DNA of 32,587 nt from positions 90,212,516 to 90,245,102 of the forward strand of contig NC_068984.1 of NCBI RefSeq assembly GCF_001194135.2, written 5' to 3'. Positions 11,749-24,619 of this stretch are shown piece by piece. The first letter of the stretch is position 1; every line of letters begins with the position of its first letter. The notes beneath the pieces were generated by a model, which was not told the origin of the DNA, searched no databases, and was given only the letters and a program-made list of their open reading frames with translations. The translations under genes were made by a program, and so were the position numbers. The stretch is from Octopus bimaculoides (Eukaryota).

Positions 11749-13134
11749 TAAACTTAATTCCGTTCTCACAGATTGAGTTTCGCGTCACACTGACAGGCAG
11801 TCGGTATTGTTGTTATTTAGTGTTTCTGTTTATTTGACTCCAGCTGAGTTAAGCGTGCCCTGTTGCTTGTGACCTCTGTTTCTATTGATTGGTTAATCGT
11901 ATTGTTTTTATTATGTTGGCTTTATTAAGGTTTTGCTGTAACTGTTTATTGCCTTAGTTGATTTCTACACCTGTTCATGATTATTTCTTGTTTTTTGCAT
12001 TAATGTTGTTTTGAAGAAAAACAACATATAATTGTTTTCATAAAATCAATTGAATTTGGAAATACGGCCAAAGCACGATGTGAAATTCCCTTTGATTCTG
12101 CAACAACAATTAATCATTTAATCAAAAACAGCAAAAGTATAAAAATCAAATATGAATATATGCAACCAAGAGAATTACAGAAACCGTTACCCCTTAGTAG
12201 TGAACAGAACATCACAGCAAAACAGCATAAGAACTATCCAATTAAGTAGACAGCAACAAACTGAGAAGTTATAAAAAAGAAAAACAACATAACAAAAAGG
12301 ACAATTTTTCTTTGATGTGTCAACTAATTGTCAAATAAAGTTATCTCGTCTTCTACACGCTAATGCAATTTAATATTTTCTACGATTCAAAGTAGATATA
12401 AATGGTTTCTAAGATGTAATTTGCGCCGTAATAAATAATATATAAATTATATATTAGGCCTGTTTTCGTTATGAATATGCATATAGAATATGATTGATTG
12501 AAGTTTGGTTACTAAAGTTGAGATCAAGTTATACTTTTTTTTTCTCCGGTTTTCATGAAATACAATATGGTGAACAAATTCGTCTCAGAGTCATTAAGTC
12601 CAGTTGAACTTTATTGATAGATATTTGAAGAACAACTGAAACGGATTTGACTTTCTTCTTAAAAGCTAATGAGTAATAATTAAAACGGAAAATATTAGTG
12701 TATTATTAATGTTTGATAAACGAAGATATCAATAGATTTCCTATTCAATGACTTTTAACATTACTATTTACAAAATTATGTTTTGCTAGAAATTAAAACT
12801 AATCTTGATGATATAGCTTTGACAATTTCTATGCTATTAATGACAGTTATGAATATGATGGTGCGAACCGAAGATTTAGATATAAATACGAATATGGAGA
12901 TATTAGATTAACAAATATGCTTCATTCTCTGCAAAATGGTCCGCATAATTTCCTTTAGTTTTCTCATTTAGCGTTAATTGTAATTCTAAAAGTTGCTAGC
13001 AACTTGATGACTTAAACTCCAATCATCTACAATTTAGTAAGTGACCCAGTTTGTGATTAGATTTATTTTGCAGAAGCAGAGAAGTTAAGAGTCTGCTTAC
13101 ACTGCGCCGTACCACATGATTTGTAATTAAGAAA

Positions 13135-13184
13135 ATATTATTATTATTATTATTATTGTTGTTGTTGTTGTTGTTGTTGTTGTT
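13135..13184. repeat. (ATT)n(GTT)n microsatellite
   Basis: Read directly. Confidence 0.96.
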
Positions 13185-15233
13185 AGAAAGCAATTGAAAT
13201 GCAGGACAAACAGTTTCAGCAGTTTCTAATTTCACTTTATATTGTTTGTCTGCGGAAAGGGGACAGTAAGTAGTATGCCTTTAGCATTTACCATTGGCAG
13301 CAAGGTAGCTTCTACGTAGTCATATGACCAACAAGAAATAGTTTGGATATTTTCATCATTTTAATTTGTATGAATTTTATTTTGGTCAACCTAAATGCGT
13401 GATTAAATTTTATCCCGTTGCTATTGAATTTGGATAAAGAGATATGAATGTTAGAAACAGGTCGTTGTGTAAGATATTTAAATAGGTATTAGCTCGGTTT
13501 CCGGTGATTTATGACGATGCAAGCTTGTTCTCAAGTTTATTTCTTTGTTAACACAGCTTTGTTAAGCGTTAAGTAAAACTTGTACGAATTTCTACAATAT
13601 TATGAAATATAGTTCCTACAAACGCATCCCACACAAACTCAATAATCCAACCCTTCAATGTATACAGCATCAACTTTATTCCCATTCCAAGACTAATTAA
13701 CAGAAATCAGACTATATAAGAAAGCAGTAATGTTCATTTATTGTAACTTTCAACGGCAATTCTAGTTTTAAAATAGAGTTTTTAAGTTCTTCTTTATGAC
13801 TTACACCCCTACTTGCTAAGATTAAATAATTTAGTCGTTTCTTGTATTGCATCCGTAATTCGTACATTAAATATGTTAGCACTAACTTAACTGCTACTGT
13901 TCTCCACTGCTATAGTGCCTATGTTCCTCGGAACTAGCTACTCCCGTATTACAATCACCCAGATCCATTCGATTCACTTGACTTTCCTTCTCTTGTCACT
14001 TACATTGTTCCCTCCTGACTCATTTCAAGTTTCCTAGGCAAATATGAGTTCAGTCTTGTATATTTACTTAGTGATTCATTCTTTACTACTTTAACATGTA
14101 CTGAGTAAGATAGACTTTGCTGGTGAGGTCAGGAAAATACCGAAATTTTCCCAGATTTCTCACATGCACATGCCGGGAAAACAAAGATATTAGCCATTGG
14201 CTGATTAAGTTTAAGTCTTGCTTGCTGCGTATATAACTTTGGTGAGTTTTATAACACTCCATGCTTTAAATACATTAAGACTAACTTGCCTTTGCCTTAT
14301 ACATAATCGTTGCATATAGGCGTAATGGTATCGACTTTCGTAAGCGTTAATTACTATCAAACGTGCAACATTGAGTTCAAAATATTTTCTTAATAGAATA
14401 CCAAATATTTCAATCAAGTGAGCTTACTACTCTCTCCAAACTTTAATCATATTTCTTTAATCAATGAAGCAGCTATTGAACGGACCATCAACTCCCATAT
14501 CTCACAAATTGTCAAGCAACTACACGCCATTTTGTCGCAAGCTTCAAATGAAGCAATAAACTAAAGTTTAATGTTTTTTAGAAATATATTATATCATATT
14601 ATATTATTTATTTTATATTATATTATACAAAACACATTTAATTTTGTTTACCACCCTCCCTTCCAGATATGCTGCTTTCCCGACTTTAGCAAGTCTCTGC
14701 ATTCATTTAAGCAGCGAAAAAATGTCTATGGAAGTCAAACCTTATCCTTTCTAGTTTTCATTATTTTCTTTTTGGTGGTATAGACTACACAAAGGAGTTC
14801 TACCCATCGCCATCGCAGGTCCTCCGTGACATGTGAGATTTATACAGTTAAAAATCTGGAAATGTAGACTTGGGAATTTGGGGGACAAAATGATTGAGCC
14901 CAGCAATTGATGTAAGATTTAGAGGGAACAGTCATTAATTTGACAGACATGTGGAGGAGAGTTGAGCGTGTCGAGCGGACCTACTACAATAGAGACCTAT
15001 GTTTCTTGGAACTTAGGCCTCTAAAGCAGTGGATAAAGGCAAATTAAAAAGTCAGTACAACTCTGGGTTAGATGTTCGAGCGTGTTAGGAGATGAATCAC
15101 TTAGGAGCCGTTTTTGAATGCGGTCTAGAAGCCAGTATTATAATGACAGTACTGGTTTAGATATGAAAACAATATTTCATTCCTGACCACATTTGAGCCT
15201 TGTAGAGAGTCAGCAATGTTTAGAAGCTGATAA

Positions 15234-15447
15234 GGCAGTGAACTGGCAGAATCGTTAGCACGCCGGACAAAAGACTTAGCGGCACTTCTTCTCTACTTTC
15301 TGAGTTCAAATTCTGCCAAAACCGACTTTGCGTTTCATCCTTGTGGAGTTGATAAAATAAATGCCAGTTGAGAATTCCGGTCGACGTAATTGACTTACAT
15401 CCTCTCCCAAAATTACTGGCCTTGTACCAAAGGTTGAAACCAATATT
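15234..15447 (+). mobile_element. tRNA-derived SINE, family B
   Basis: GGCAGTGAACTGGCAGAATCGTTAGCACGCCGG...GAGTTCAAATTC carries A/B-box-like motifs and is homologous to the inverted copy at 26353-26567. Confidence 0.88.
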
Positions 15448-16574
15448 TAAAAACCGAGGTATTTTCTGATTCAAAAAAGAAAAGTGTTTTGCTATAAACT
15501 GAAGGTGAAATAACCAGGAGTGATTGTGATTACTTTTATTTGTAGTAACATTATTACAACTACTACTTGAATGTTGTCCATGATTAGGTTGTTGCCGATT
15601 ATGTTGTAGGAGAAATGATTATGTTGTTTATAGAAATAATTGTCAATATGATCATTAGGTGTATGTGAAAACTATATAAGACAAACGAAGAACAGTCTTA
15701 AAATCCGGTATGCACAGCATATACCATCATTCAAATCTAGTTATGAACTAAATTTCACTGCCTTATCCTAGTATATCTGGAAATTGATGTAAAATTGACA
15801 TTAATATGTCATAACCACAAAACGAAACTCAAATGAGTGCAAAATATGTACTTTAACCCGAGTGAGATTTATAACATTCAAATGAGTCTATGGAAATTTT
15901 GCGCATTGTAAAAGATCTAACTAAAGAGAAATAGTGAAGATAGTGATTTGTTCTGCAGTACAGATTTGTCCCTTCATTAGTCATGTAAACAAAGGCAGAT
16001 GAGAAGCAGGGAAGTGAGTGCGTAACCCGTCACCATCAAATATAGAAACTCTGCTTCATAACTTCCGCAATCTTACTGCCATTTTTACGCCCAAATATAC
16101 ATATGTTATATGCAATACAGTTGTTTCGAATAAAGTTTCGAGTACCTCTATTGTCACGTTTTGTTTGGTTTTGTATTTTAATACTCAGTATATAAGAGAA
16201 ATGCAACAAAGTGTTTTTGCATTGTAACAAAAATATTCTTAATTTTACGTAATTCGTTCCCAGCATATTATTTAAATAGATACACAGAATCTATATTAAA
16301 TATTAATGTTGGAAAGAATGAAGGTTGCTGTAACAATGAATGTAAAAAAGAATGAAGGTTGCTGAAGACATTGAAGGTTGCTGTAACATTTACGTATGAA
16401 ATGATTATACGTAAGAAATGTATTATACATTATAGGTAATTTATAGGCATGTATTTTCAAATAAATAAAGCAGTTATAATTATACATTATCTCTCTATTT
16501 TATTTCCCTATATATTGAGTAAATATAAAATTCTGACATAATAATTGCAAGACATCTTAGTTGTCTATTGCATG

Positions 16575-16579
16575 CGCGC

Positions 16580-16634
<55 letters not shown>

Positions 16635-16636
16635 TG
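16575..16636. repeat. (GC)n(GT)n microsatellite
   Basis: Read directly. Confidence 0.96.
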
Positions 16637-17060
16637 TTTATTCCAAAGAACTAAGCTTCAATTATTTTGCACTTTGCTTCCTTTCTCATTACATCAAATA
16701 TGCCTGTTTTAATAGAGATTCAATAAATGCATTAATAAAAGCCACTTTATAGATAAAGAAACCTGTCCGCTATACTTACAAAAACAAAAGAAATATTGAC
16801 TTTAATGCAATCTAGATATATTATGATAAATAAGACTAAATAAAATGGCCAGCTGAATAAAATATTGAATAACTGGTTCTGAGATTGTGACGTAATACCT
16901 GGATGGCTCTTCCACTTCTAATGAGCTCCGTTAATTCAAATTTTCAGTCACCAGCAATGTTTTTGTAATACTAGTAAGCTTTAGTATTAGAGCTAATTAG
17001 GAGACTTAGCTTTAATACTAAACAATTTCCTGTTTATTCCTCTACTTCTATTCGAGTGTT

Positions 17061-17456
17061 TTCTATTTTATTTGATTCAGTCACTGAAATGCAACCATAC
17101 TGGAACACTGCCTCAAAGGGTTTAGTTGAACAAATCAACACCCAGTACTTATTTTTTAAAAGCCTGGTACTTATCTTATTGATATCTTTTGCCGATGCGC
17201 TAAGTTACACGTGTGTAAACAAACCGACCCCGATTCTCAAGTACTGGTGGGGAAAAGATAAACACAGTCACACAGACACACACATACACACACACGCACA
17301 CGCACACACACACACTTATACGACGGGCTTCTGTAAATTTTCGTTTACCAAATCAACTCACATGTCTTTGGTCGGCCCAGAGTACCATGAACTGAGACCG
17401 AACCCGGAAGCATGTGGTTAAGAAGCGGACTTCTTACAACATAGCCACGCCTGCAC
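17061..17456 (-). mobile_element. tRNA-derived SINE, family A, near full length, with internal (CA)n
   Basis: Collinear with 25646-26021 (CTGGTACTTAT, TTTGGTCGGCCC, GAACCCGGAAGCATGTGG). Confidence 0.88.
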
Positions 17457-17781
17457 TTATCTACATAGCCACACCTGGTTATAAATATTTTATTTCTTTC
17501 AACGTAGAGTCGAAATAGCGAAGCACCAACTCTAAGCGCAACATACACTTTTCGTTATTTCATACGAGATTATTATGAGATGAAAGAACAGTAGAGTATC
17601 GGTAAAACATACATATCATATACTGGCACCATATTCATCTTCAGACGAATTTCAAGTACAGCACATAACTGTTTAAAAAATAGTTGTTGAACATAACCTT
17701 ATTAAAACTTCCTCACTTGTGATGTGTGTGTGTGTGTGTGTGCATAAAATTAAAATAAGCAACAAGATATCAAGTAGTGAT

Positions 17782-17865
17782 GCAGTACGACCGTTTCAAG
17801 TGGCTCCATTTAATTGAACAATGCAATCATTACATCAATTTAAATGCAGGGCCATCTTCAGCTGC
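17782..17865 (-). ncRNA. Type I hammerhead ribozyme-like motif (Penelope/retrozyme style)
   Basis: Minus strand: GCAG-CUGAAGA-UGGCCC...GAGCCA-CUU-GAAA-C-GGUC-G-UA-CUGC. Helix I is GCAG/CUGC, the core is intact, helix II is long, and the cleavage triplet is GUA. Folded by eye only. Confidence 0.55.
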
Positions 17866-18789
17866 CCAAATAAATAAATAGATTTTTAACCAGTAGGACA
17901 CATTAATATAATTTTTTCTCAAATATTTTAAGAGAGCAAGAAGATGGAAGAAATTCATGTTGTCCCTATTGTAGCTAAGAATAGACTACACTTCCAAGAA
18001 TCGTATGAAGCCTATTAGGGTCATAGTGTTGTAAGGAATTGTAATTCATTTCTAATTCATTTATCTCTTTATCAACTACTAAATCTGAGACTAGAAGACT
18101 GTGACTATTTTAAATAAAGGACAAGAGTGAATTGACAGCTCATGGCTAGGTATGGTCATAAATATTATCATATGTATCCCTTTTCCTCAGGGAGGAAAGA
18201 AGACATTAGAAGTAGCCAGCTGGATATAAGTAACTGTCGATAAAAAGAAGCTGGGTAGGGGAAGACTTTAAATCATAAGACGCTAAAAAACCTAAGATGT
18301 TAATATAGAGGAAATTTTATTTTGGGGCACTATGGGCGATTGTTTATAAACAATATTGCAATGTTACATAAAAATAAAATTTAAGATTTTCAAAAATGTT
18401 ATTGTGACCAAAATAGGTAAAAGATGTGTATATATCAATTATAAACATTAAAAAGGAAAGAGTACATAGAATCAGTTCAATATTCATTCATGTGCTTGAT
18501 TAATTAGTTTTTAGGTGGTTTCTATAAAGATTGCTGAGGACATTTACTTATGGAATAACTGGAAAGATAAACATGCTATCTATTAATTTGAAGCCATAAA
18601 TCAGAAAAAAAGTAAAGATGCATACAATTACGCACACATTGATATATGTGCATATTTGCACACATGTGCATACACAGATATTTATACGTTTATATGGATA
18701 GAGTATAACCATCTCGCATAGACTTAAGTAACTGAAAAATACCTATTTAAGATCAAGAAAAGTAACAATTTATAAGGGATATACATGTA

Positions 18790-18867
<78 letters not shown>

Positions 18868-18885
18868 ATATATATAATATATATA
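18790..18885. repeat. (TA)n(TG)n microsatellite
   Basis: Read directly. Confidence 0.97.
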
Positions 18886-19237
18886 TCCCTTCCTGTTTGT
18901 TTTCACTGTCCTGTTTTTGTCACCAATTTTGACACTCCGCAAAATCCCAAATTTAATTTAATTTGCTTTGCGGGAGCAACTGTTTTATCGAAGGCGTATT
19001 TTGTCGTGAATTGCTCGAAATACGGATTAGAAAAACAGCCAACAACGGATGAAGGATCATTCTTTGTGTTGTTTGTCTTGATTTCATTTGTTTCATTGGT
19101 TGTTCGCAAAAAATGTTCATATTCCATGTCCTCGCACTTCGTATTTTTGTTGTTTACGTTTGGTGACGTCCTGTGCCCACATATGCATATGTATAAATGT
19201 ATGTAGTGTACTTATGTATATATGCATATGACTATAT

Positions 19238-19343
<106 letters not shown>

Positions 19344-20040
19344 ATATACATATATGGGGTGGGGTGGAACCTGAACTTTGACAATAGTTCACTGTACCAC
19401 TGCCACCGCGAAAAATCCACGGTATCATCCAAATACCATCCAAAAGTGCCTGTATGATAACTATATTGATTAATATATATATATATTTCTTTACATAAGG
19501 TTTTCATTACATACACTTTATATTTACACATTTGTTTCCTATAGCACATTTTTTCTATGAATATTCTTTGATGTACACTTTATAAACTTATATCATATGT
19601 TTTGTATTTAGTCTCATTTCCCTTTCTATATTACCCTTTTAATTTGCCGTGTGTTCTGATAAGTTCTTTCTTATTTTATGCATTTTTTTTTTTATCCCAG
19701 TGCCTACGAATGTTAACAATATAATTTTAATTTATATTTGACTCGCTTATATGTTAATATATTTTCCTATTACTCTCAATCGCTTTTATACAACACATTG
19801 CCGTTATTTTGAATACTAATGATCCAATCAGTTTTAGATGTCTATTCAATGAGTTGGTTGTCATTGATACTTATAAATATGTAAAACTATTGCATTCTTG
19901 TGAATACTGCAACGTGAAACACTCTGAGTAATAATTTATGAAGTCATTTCAGCTTCAATGAAATATTTCACTCTTCCTTTGATATTCGAGTACTATTTTC
20001 TCCACCTTGTTTGCATCATCAATGAGCTCACATCTACGTG

Positions 20041-20074
<34 letters not shown>

Positions 20075-20075
<1 letters not shown>

Positions 20076-20215
20076 GGAATTTACAGAGACACAAAACAGG
20101 TGTATTAGTTTAACGCTCAGGACGGTGAGAAAATCTTTTATGTTTCGAACCTACGCTCTTCAACAGAAAGGAACACGTGAAAATAAACAGAGAGAGAATA
20201 AAAAAGCTTTAGCGG
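20075..20215 (-). mobile_element. Probable Penelope-like terminal-repeat fragment containing a variant hammerhead-like motif
   Basis: Minus strand CTTT-CTGTTGA-AGAGCGTAGGTTC-GAAA-CATA-AAAG at 20134-20170. The family assignment is from recollection and is not verified. Confidence 0.4.
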
Positions 20216-21399
20216 CCAGCGATGTATGTGTGTGTCTGTGTCTGTGTTGTCTATGTTTGTGTGTGTGTGTGTGTGTGTACTTGTGTTTGTCTTCATAAAT
20301 CGATGGTTCGACGAAAGAAACCGACAAAATCAATATAAGACTATATATAGGTAAGAGCAAGAATGACAATAAAATGATACAGTACTTAGAAGAGGAGGCA
20401 GTAGAGAAGTAGAAAAAGAAGAAATTATTGAGAAAAGAAAAGACGTAAAAGAAATCCTGACAGAAATGTTCACCAAATTCATGATCTTTCGAATATATCT
20501 TTGACTAGAGATTAAGTCTTCCTAAAGAGGGAAGGTAGGATAAAGAGATTGTGCTGGAAAGAAACAACACGAAACCATATGAAATGTGTGGGGGGTGCGT
20601 GTGTAAAAGAGAGAGAGAGAGAAAAAAAGGGGGTATATGTATTTATTCGAAACTAAACATGTTAAAATCTATGTTTATACCTGTGTCCGGTTATTTTAAT
20701 TTGTTTATCTTTTAATTTGTATCCCTCATGTACCCAATCCCTGTCTTGCTCTTTTTCCTTCAATGCCCTGTATTTTTTTAAATCGATATTCCAAATGTTA
20801 ATAATTTCGCTTTCGTCAGTAGTGCTTTGAGGCCCAAAGTATTACTTTATTCACTATTCAGATTCTATTATACAAAGTAATTTCAACATCATGTATTAAT
20901 CTGTAGCTACATAACCATTCTTTCCTTTATTTTAGTCAGTCAACATATTTGCATTTTTCGTTAATTGTAATATTTCATTATGTCGTTTTTTTTTTCCGAA
21001 TCAATGCCTCACTAGAAAATTTTTCAAAATCTATTCGATGTCAAATTTCAATGTAAGACACGCTCCTTATTCCAAACTGCATTAATCTTATTTTTCACTT
21101 TTGTCAAGTTGTTATTCTCTCTTGTTATTCCCCTCTCTATTCATATCTTTATTTTGTATCTTGTTTTTTCCATAATGGCTGTATCACTATCCATACTTCT
21201 GTACTTCTGATATCCTTATTCAGCACAGATGTAATGTAATTGCTTTGAAGAAGTTGCAAGTACAGATGAATTATGACGAAAATGTAGCCGCTCATAAACT
21301 TCTATATTCAACTCTGCTTTCTGAAGTACTGAGCATTTTATTTAGAATATAAAAGTCTTGAATCTACGATCAAGCACAAATAATTATTACGGGCATTCT

Positions 21400-22450
21400 A
21401 GTAGTGAACTTACATAATACCAGAGAGCAGAAACAATAGATCGACTCCATTAAAACGTTGTTTTCTACTAAAGAAAACTACAAAACTCATTAATGAAAAT
21501 AACTGAAATCTTCATTATAAGACAGTTAATACCCTCACTTATTTGACAAAAAAAGGAAAGTAGGACCATTTTCTTCTAAACACTGATTCAAATTTAACAA
21601 AAGCCTACAAATAAACTTTTATCACTGTCTCAAAAAAAACCCGTTTTCTCCGGATAAAAATAGTATATTCCGAAATGGCGGCAATAATTTCCAGAAAACA
21701 CCAAATATGAAAATACATGACATCAAGATATCTAATCATATTTATCCAATCACACAAGACTAAAAACCACCACTAATTTGACCTGGAAAAATACCATAGA
21801 TTTCTCTCATCACTACAATTGTTTTATAAAAAATAACTAGCAAGCTTTAAATGAAATCAACAACCGAGTCCCACAAAGGAACTTCTGATCTTCACATTCA
21901 CACCTGAGTATCGTATTTCTCTTTTAACGACCATATAATTATGGTCTTATATTACTCAACCACTTTCATCCACAAGAAACAGATAAACCAAAGAATATGC
22001 GCACACATTCTTTAATGACAATAGACCTTTTATTGCTATGATGAAGCTTCATACTTCTAACTTCCTAACTTAGAAGTATAAAGTTTCCACCACCACCACT
22101 CCTAAAGAATTCAAACCAAGCGATGGATATTAATAATTTAGTTAAAAACATCTCGCCTAGAATTACAAACCTGTCTGCCAATAAACATATTTTACTGATC
22201 ATACATCATACATAGAGGCGCTCTCCAGAAGTGGTTTAATGAAGAAGAATGAATGCCTACAAGACTCATGTCACCCAAAAATTTAAAAATATAAATAACA
22301 AAAGCCTAGTAGAACAATTATCATAGCCATTCAAAAAATTAAGTAACATTTTACGCTTCAGCAAAAATGCTACCAAACTTCATTTTTTTTAAAATCAATT
22401 AAATTCTTGTACTCCACTACTTCAAACTTTATCGATAACCGTGATTTTTT
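21400..22450 (+). pseudogene. Possible very old LINE RT remnant (APE-type clade undetermined)
   Basis: Only weak motifs, in the expected order: an SPG-like TCTCCGGATAAA (~21647), a VPQG-like GAGTCCCACAAAGG (~21866) and an FxDD-like TTCTTTAATGAC (~22008). No ORF. Confidence 0.25.
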
Positions 22451-23220
22451 TCAAAATCTTTTCACGCTGAACCTACGTAATTTCCACACTCGTATAAATA
22501 CAAACAACACGCGCATATATTTATACGTAAGAATTAAGGAGAATTTGGAGAAAAATATTTTTGCAAGCATGCTCTCATAAAAAGTCTTATCCTAAGAAGG
22601 AATGTTCTCGCATGCATGCAAGGGCGGAATCTCTCTGGCTTAACATTAAAATATAATTTTGGTTTCCCTGAATTCCTCTTTTCAGCATTGCAGAGCATAC
22701 GTCTTTCAGTGGCATGTACGTCTGGGCCGGAATTTTCTATAGTATTCCAATTATTGTTCCATTCTCTTTAATTTCTAGACATAATTTGTAAGGTTTGCGG
22801 CCTTTCCTTTGTTGCTGTCTCTGGATAAGCTGTAGAGCTGTAGAATCTCTGCATGGAGGATTATTGCATGAGTCCCCACGTATCGTTTCATAAAATTATC
22901 GTTAGTATCTGTTAATTTACAGCTTATTTGTAAATAAGCTCCATTCAGTAGACACGCTGCTGGTTCCTTGCATAAACAACCAACCTCAGTCTTTGCGTTG
23001 GGTTCATGTGCAATTATCTGTTCCATGTTAGGGTTGCAGTTCTAAACAATTTTAAGTGTATGACTATTGAACAATATTCTGTATGTATGCTCTACAACGA
23101 AACGCCCGTGTATTTTTCATATATTCGGTCTAATATTCTTTTGGTAGTGCACTGACTAGGGTTGTATGGGATCTGTTTTTTTTAGCTCACTATCCTCTAT
23201 AAAATAACGTGTATTGATTT

Positions 23221-23302
23221 GATGGATAATTGATGAATAATAATAGGATTCTTCAAACTTTGATGAATAATTGCTGAATAATAATAGGATTCTTCAAACT
23301 TT
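23221..23302. repeat. 41-bp tandem duplication (39/41 identical)
   Basis: GATGGATAATTGATGAATAATAATAGGATTCTTCAAACTTT followed by GATGAATAATTGCTGAATAATAATAGGATTCTTCAAACTTT. Confidence 0.93.
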
Positions 23303-23555
23303 CTAGTCACCTTTTTAGAGAAGCATTTGAGAGTGCATGTTACGCTCCACAATGGTGATCGTTTAGCTGACATTGCTGTCTAGTGATATGCAGTGACCTC
23401 AGCTGCGTTCATCTGCACAACTCTGGATTTGGAGTGTGAGATTTAGTTGTGAAATAAAATGATTAGATGTGAAGGGCCTTTGTCAAGAGTAGTTGGCATT
23501 AGATCTAGCGTCCTGACATGTGTCATCCTCTACTGAAGAGTATATCTATCCATCT

Positions 23556-23585
23556 GTGTGTGTGTGCGCGTGTATGCGTGTATAC

Positions 23586-23650
<65 letters not shown>
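23556..23650. repeat. (TG)/(TA)n microsatellite
   Basis: Read directly. Confidence 0.96.
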
Positions 23651-23652
<2 letters not shown>

Positions 23653-23867
23653 TATGAGTGTGTCCGGTCATAGGTGACTGTTGAATGAACTGACAACTCA
23701 GCGTGCTATAGCTATAGCACGTGACATACTGTCTCTAACACGACACCTGCATAAACCTTGCCTTAAGCTTAAAGTGACTGTGATGACACACTTAATATCC
23801 TTCCTCAACAGGTTTCATCCTATCTATGTCCTTCTCCCATTTACTTTCCCTTGTTAGAAAAAGTTTC

Positions 23868-23868
23868 T

Positions 23869-23912
<44 letters not shown>

Positions 23913-23913
23913 T
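23868..23913. repeat. (TTTC)n microsatellite
   Basis: Read directly. Confidence 0.96.
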
Positions 23914-24314
23914 CATATCTGCAGTTTATATATATATTATCTGTTATGGATGTTTAATAAGGATAATTGCAGCAATACCTCATTCCCTAAGTGAAGCGGG
24001 CAAATAGCAACATGATCGCCTAAACTCAAGATTTTTAGCGAAACAGCCCTTTATGTGACCCAGACTGCAAAATTGATGCAACAATATGATGCACAGCACC
24101 CCACCTATAAGGGACAATCGCAGGACTGATCGAAACGATCGTCGTACAAAATAAAGAGTCATAAGAAATCCATCTTCTGTTTCCTTAATCGATTATTATC
24201 TCAACTAACACTGCAGAATTCCTGAAGAAGATCCAGCGGAAATATACCCCAACTGCGGATGATAACAGGTCGACCAAACTCAGCACATCAACTCACTAAT
24301 TGACATATACTCAT

Positions 24315-24315
<1 letters not shown>

Positions 24316-24399
<84 letters not shown>
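24316..24399. repeat. (GATA)n microsatellite
   Basis: Read directly. Confidence 0.98.
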
Positions 24400-24473
24400 G
24401 TAGAACAAGTAGAAAGATACAATGCATTTCAACGCTTCGAAAACAAACTTGTTTGTTTACATACGACGTAACT

Positions 24474-24610
24474 TATGTATGTATGTATGTATGTATGTAT
24501 GTATGTATGTTTATGTATGTATATATATATGTGTGTGTATTTATGTGTGTGTATTTATGTGTGTGTATTTATGTGTGTGTATTTATGTGTGTGTATTTAT
24601 GTGTGTATGT
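24474..24610. repeat. (TATG)n plus a 10/12-mer TGTGTATTTA minisatellite
   Basis: Read directly. Confidence 0.93.
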
Positions 24611-24619
24611 ATCAAGTAC

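Noticed and set aside
12815-12960. Protein-like stretch FDNFYAINDSYEYDGANRRFRYKYEYGDIRLTNMLHSLQN
   Set aside because: Short, bounded by stops, no recognisable family or splice structure.
14200-14550. Possible LINE RT-thumb remnant on the minus strand (KYLG-like DNA near 14400)
   Set aside because: A single weak motif, too decayed to support.
18176-18255. Strong-looking acceptor TCCCTTTTCCTCAG
   Set aside because: All three frames stop within ~55 nt and there is no linked upstream exon.
22775-23026. 83-aa non-repetitive ORF on the minus strand
   Set aside because: No recognisable motif; the length is expected by chance.
24222-24250. CTGAAGA...GGAAATATA hammerhead-like string
   Set aside because: No helix I or helix II complementarity.
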